Positions 63,901 to 64,000 of a stretch of 64,000 nt of DNA are shown here, piece after piece. The notes under the pieces are model-generated. The model ran no database searches. It was not told the DNA's origin and was given only the letters and a program-made list of their open reading frames with translations. The stretch lies in the NCBI GenBank assembly GCA_000002435.2, contig CM018792.1. The stretch is one strand, 5' to 3'. How positions within the stretch are numbered: position 1 is the first letter of the stretch; each line of letters starts with the position of its first letter. This stretch comes from Giardia intestinalis. Lineage: Eukaryota. Position numbers and translations under genes: made by a program.

Positions 63901-63927
63901 GCGTTCATTGATTTAGTAGAACTCTAA
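57988..63927 (+). CDS. Full-length ABC transporter, ABCA-like architecture (TMD1-NBD1-TMD2-NBD2, ~1980 aa)
   Basis: The track ORF 57973–63927 starts at an alternative TTG; the first ATG is ~57988 (MLPVLRLYLK...). NBD1 has Walker A …LVATSGGGKSTALG… (with A in place of the first Gly), signature …LSGGMLRRLALANA… and Walker B …LILLDEITVGVD…. NBD2 has canonical Walker A …LLGANGAGKSTMM…, signature …LSGGMRRRLTLAMV… and Walker B …LICLDEATTGFS…. Each NBD follows a multi-helix hydrophobic TMD. Confidence 0.85.
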   Translation: MLPVLRLYLKTARAHLYLYICMIVMPVVVMAAVALFFSFEDRLQSPSSGLGEGTLPRLPLCRDLPGCTSQTVYLAFSPDTIEARRVVDRLAQQNGLESERIVAVKDRATMQRLVAGKNLGPSFVDDVIAANLGETVRRHLLGADGSLASILTPRGVLADRGVVAEMLDTAYGLDDRTLDAFDDEWAASMGPADSVFLALDLNISNREASDIPQAVQYSLWYSQEMMTWYAVKHPSPRTRSSTPNSYAMSYVWSPVSFSIFEAIHNALTGTFIGKTISYSLGEYPSQGSTTTLAGMQAYMILQLSIFLECILTLIFAAHFRGPFQTTLRRLGVSEFCMYGLTFGTLLIANLLAYGLLFGAGSLFKLFPFSNYTPSLNALVSITFALITTASVLLLHMFFYNTSVAIAFGTVALILLVAFPFLILLEQPDYPTIWTQFAIPTWLTKVFYVLFPPLGLVAICDMMITLRPERMSTLLVGQSASMYGLELLFNDIDGYHSKHFSCLGTMVASISECTFQLPYLGSLVVMSLIQSTLALPLLTLVLLFCKHEPGSQGLPLGFLCSRKFYRTRCPKDNPEFPFLSVSGLRKTYRKAKRCTVVKEEALCGLDLHLEQGEVTGLVATSGGGKSTALGIMAGELAPSGGQCAGLGHDLLCPYTARSLRGFISLCPQEWNNLWINLTVRENVLLCAEIRARVTGRLGELQHRSGSLDGYVDELLKRLGLHDHAHKQASALSGGMLRRLALANATAGGPRLILLDEITVGVDPILKRQIWAYVRALVTEGAAAVLSSHDANEIAELATRVVVLKAGRTQADAPVVQLLEEHGDYVVSVTSESRDAISRVALLLSTELGTLLGVGAKELSVTMDPRRASISIPATLVPDAHTLTSLIQHCRAFEKREGVQVAVSRARLEDVFEHLLDGEDDAQPEPLRSVTLDEDRKPSVTRHLLLLFLSLDLQEHCRSFVSILAALTALFVLIWMGVHYTLTSVKSAIELVEAAQLTEWSLSCLADCINANPGADPLLTDANVTTENVSEFLKANPGIDALQVMERCLVKRPRRLFEPMLQYPDGFSACLSYMNHLGLDTYRYDYLTVGDRQTGSLGTNETQFNWYYIGVVGDASKVETSDSVSLSLSLDDPLIASSPTGGLDYYVANEPQQISFSPQNFGDVWRRGVEAGLRHPLDSDDLFSLVAPRMTVPQYLRSDTSPPPKDTENRTLLLEETILRQPTASDFFEGITSTIGSTFTKPDCFDSQPAVQARVVRRVFRSIPAVIFQPGQHEAGSALLLKMYAMLPPLGPQGKAYRDWVITFTPSKERVDTPASTSKYFIPTLFQYLYKYANGAIDITKTDRVRFTFTTIGADAMAKMTGALFRQHLIESLRDTLGVEEAWRQGTEFTYDGSVMSIPRRYLNRDLIFETPGAALQSMEIMSDYYLVFLLLLGSVIVAGRAAREFQQRTVTLLHLHGASEMRVVMVLILYFSIWTIIPTILIAAALTALFKDAFFIHGPAVAAVAYTCLGMIALSSVFNAVLVAVLLRSQQNAMLTVVLQILIAVFVSGSLRAEGAVAAVLGLLAPGVGYMPVLRNAIGLSRISWGSLALSFLISLLEVFASLGVLLLRKIRVRQRIKDRTPDGSDSEESGLLSGLSETTSMTSLNLERKDAPPRHPDNHLSVQGISHSYRKGAHALDNASFSVPAGSIFALLGANGAGKSTMMHALTGVLRPTAGSALCVRNEADSRWVDLFRRVHHSRYITVVPQHDLYWPQLTVRDHVKIIRGLTPRALRPNIKSTDHVLRLVGLAEHADKRASALSGGMRRRLTLAMVLVSSPSLICLDEATTGFSGRLRKRVWDAILASKGANKTLIVTSHDMAEVEALADTCCVLRKGRVIASGSVDDLCAQSRVAYTLTVACGSLKAFDTYLAGPHKCACEFSGGLLADAEVNSVARLVKYRIPQGVDLETAISSLSSVGCLTHAWALTHARLEEAFIDLVEL

Positions 63928-64000
63928 AGAGGCGAGTGCTTGACGTAACTAAAGCTTGACTATGAAAGGTACAAAAATGAAAATCAATATGCAGGTCACA

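Overview
The window looks like chromosome-internal DNA from the intron-poor, gene-dense eukaryote Giardia intestinalis (lamblia). The evidence: a cysteine-rich CXXC surface protein ending in the canonical transmembrane + CRGKA tail; 'Protein 21.1'-type ankyrin-repeat genes; a NEK-like ankyrin pseudokinase; a high-cysteine membrane protein; AGTRAAY poly(A) signals 10–40 nt after stop codons; and AT-rich gaps of only 16–150 bp between many genes.

Gene order:
(1) 1–~21965 (−): one giant uninterrupted reading frame that runs off the left edge, at least 7,300 codons. It is absent from the supplied ORF track because it has no stop codon inside the window.
(2) 22104–22808 (+): hypothetical protein.
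(3) ~23220–25280: a dead, GilD/Genie-like non-LTR retroelement remnant with reverse-transcriptase fragments and terminal inverted repeats.
(4) 25281–29910: a 4.6-kb cassette holding an ankyrin gene, a frameshift-split ankyrin gene and a 5'-truncated OLA1/YchF fragment.
(5) 29911–30790: a second, inverted, >99%-identical partial copy of the retroelement end.
(6) A VSP gene (−) head-to-head with a high-cysteine membrane protein gene (+); the latter carries a frameshift just before its membrane anchor.
(7) Then: two hypothetical proteins, a cytochrome b5-like protein, a hypothetical, a 1675-aa coiled-coil protein, an FKBP-TPR prolyl isomerase, a NEK-like ankyrin pseudokinase, an IFT140 homolog, and a full-length ABCA-type ABC transporter.

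The ORF track uses bacterial alternative start codons (GTG/TTG shown as M). Several real starts are therefore the first in-frame ATG downstream of the listed start. I transcribed sequence by eye, so breakpoints and motif positions not anchored to a track ORF may be off by a few nucleotides.
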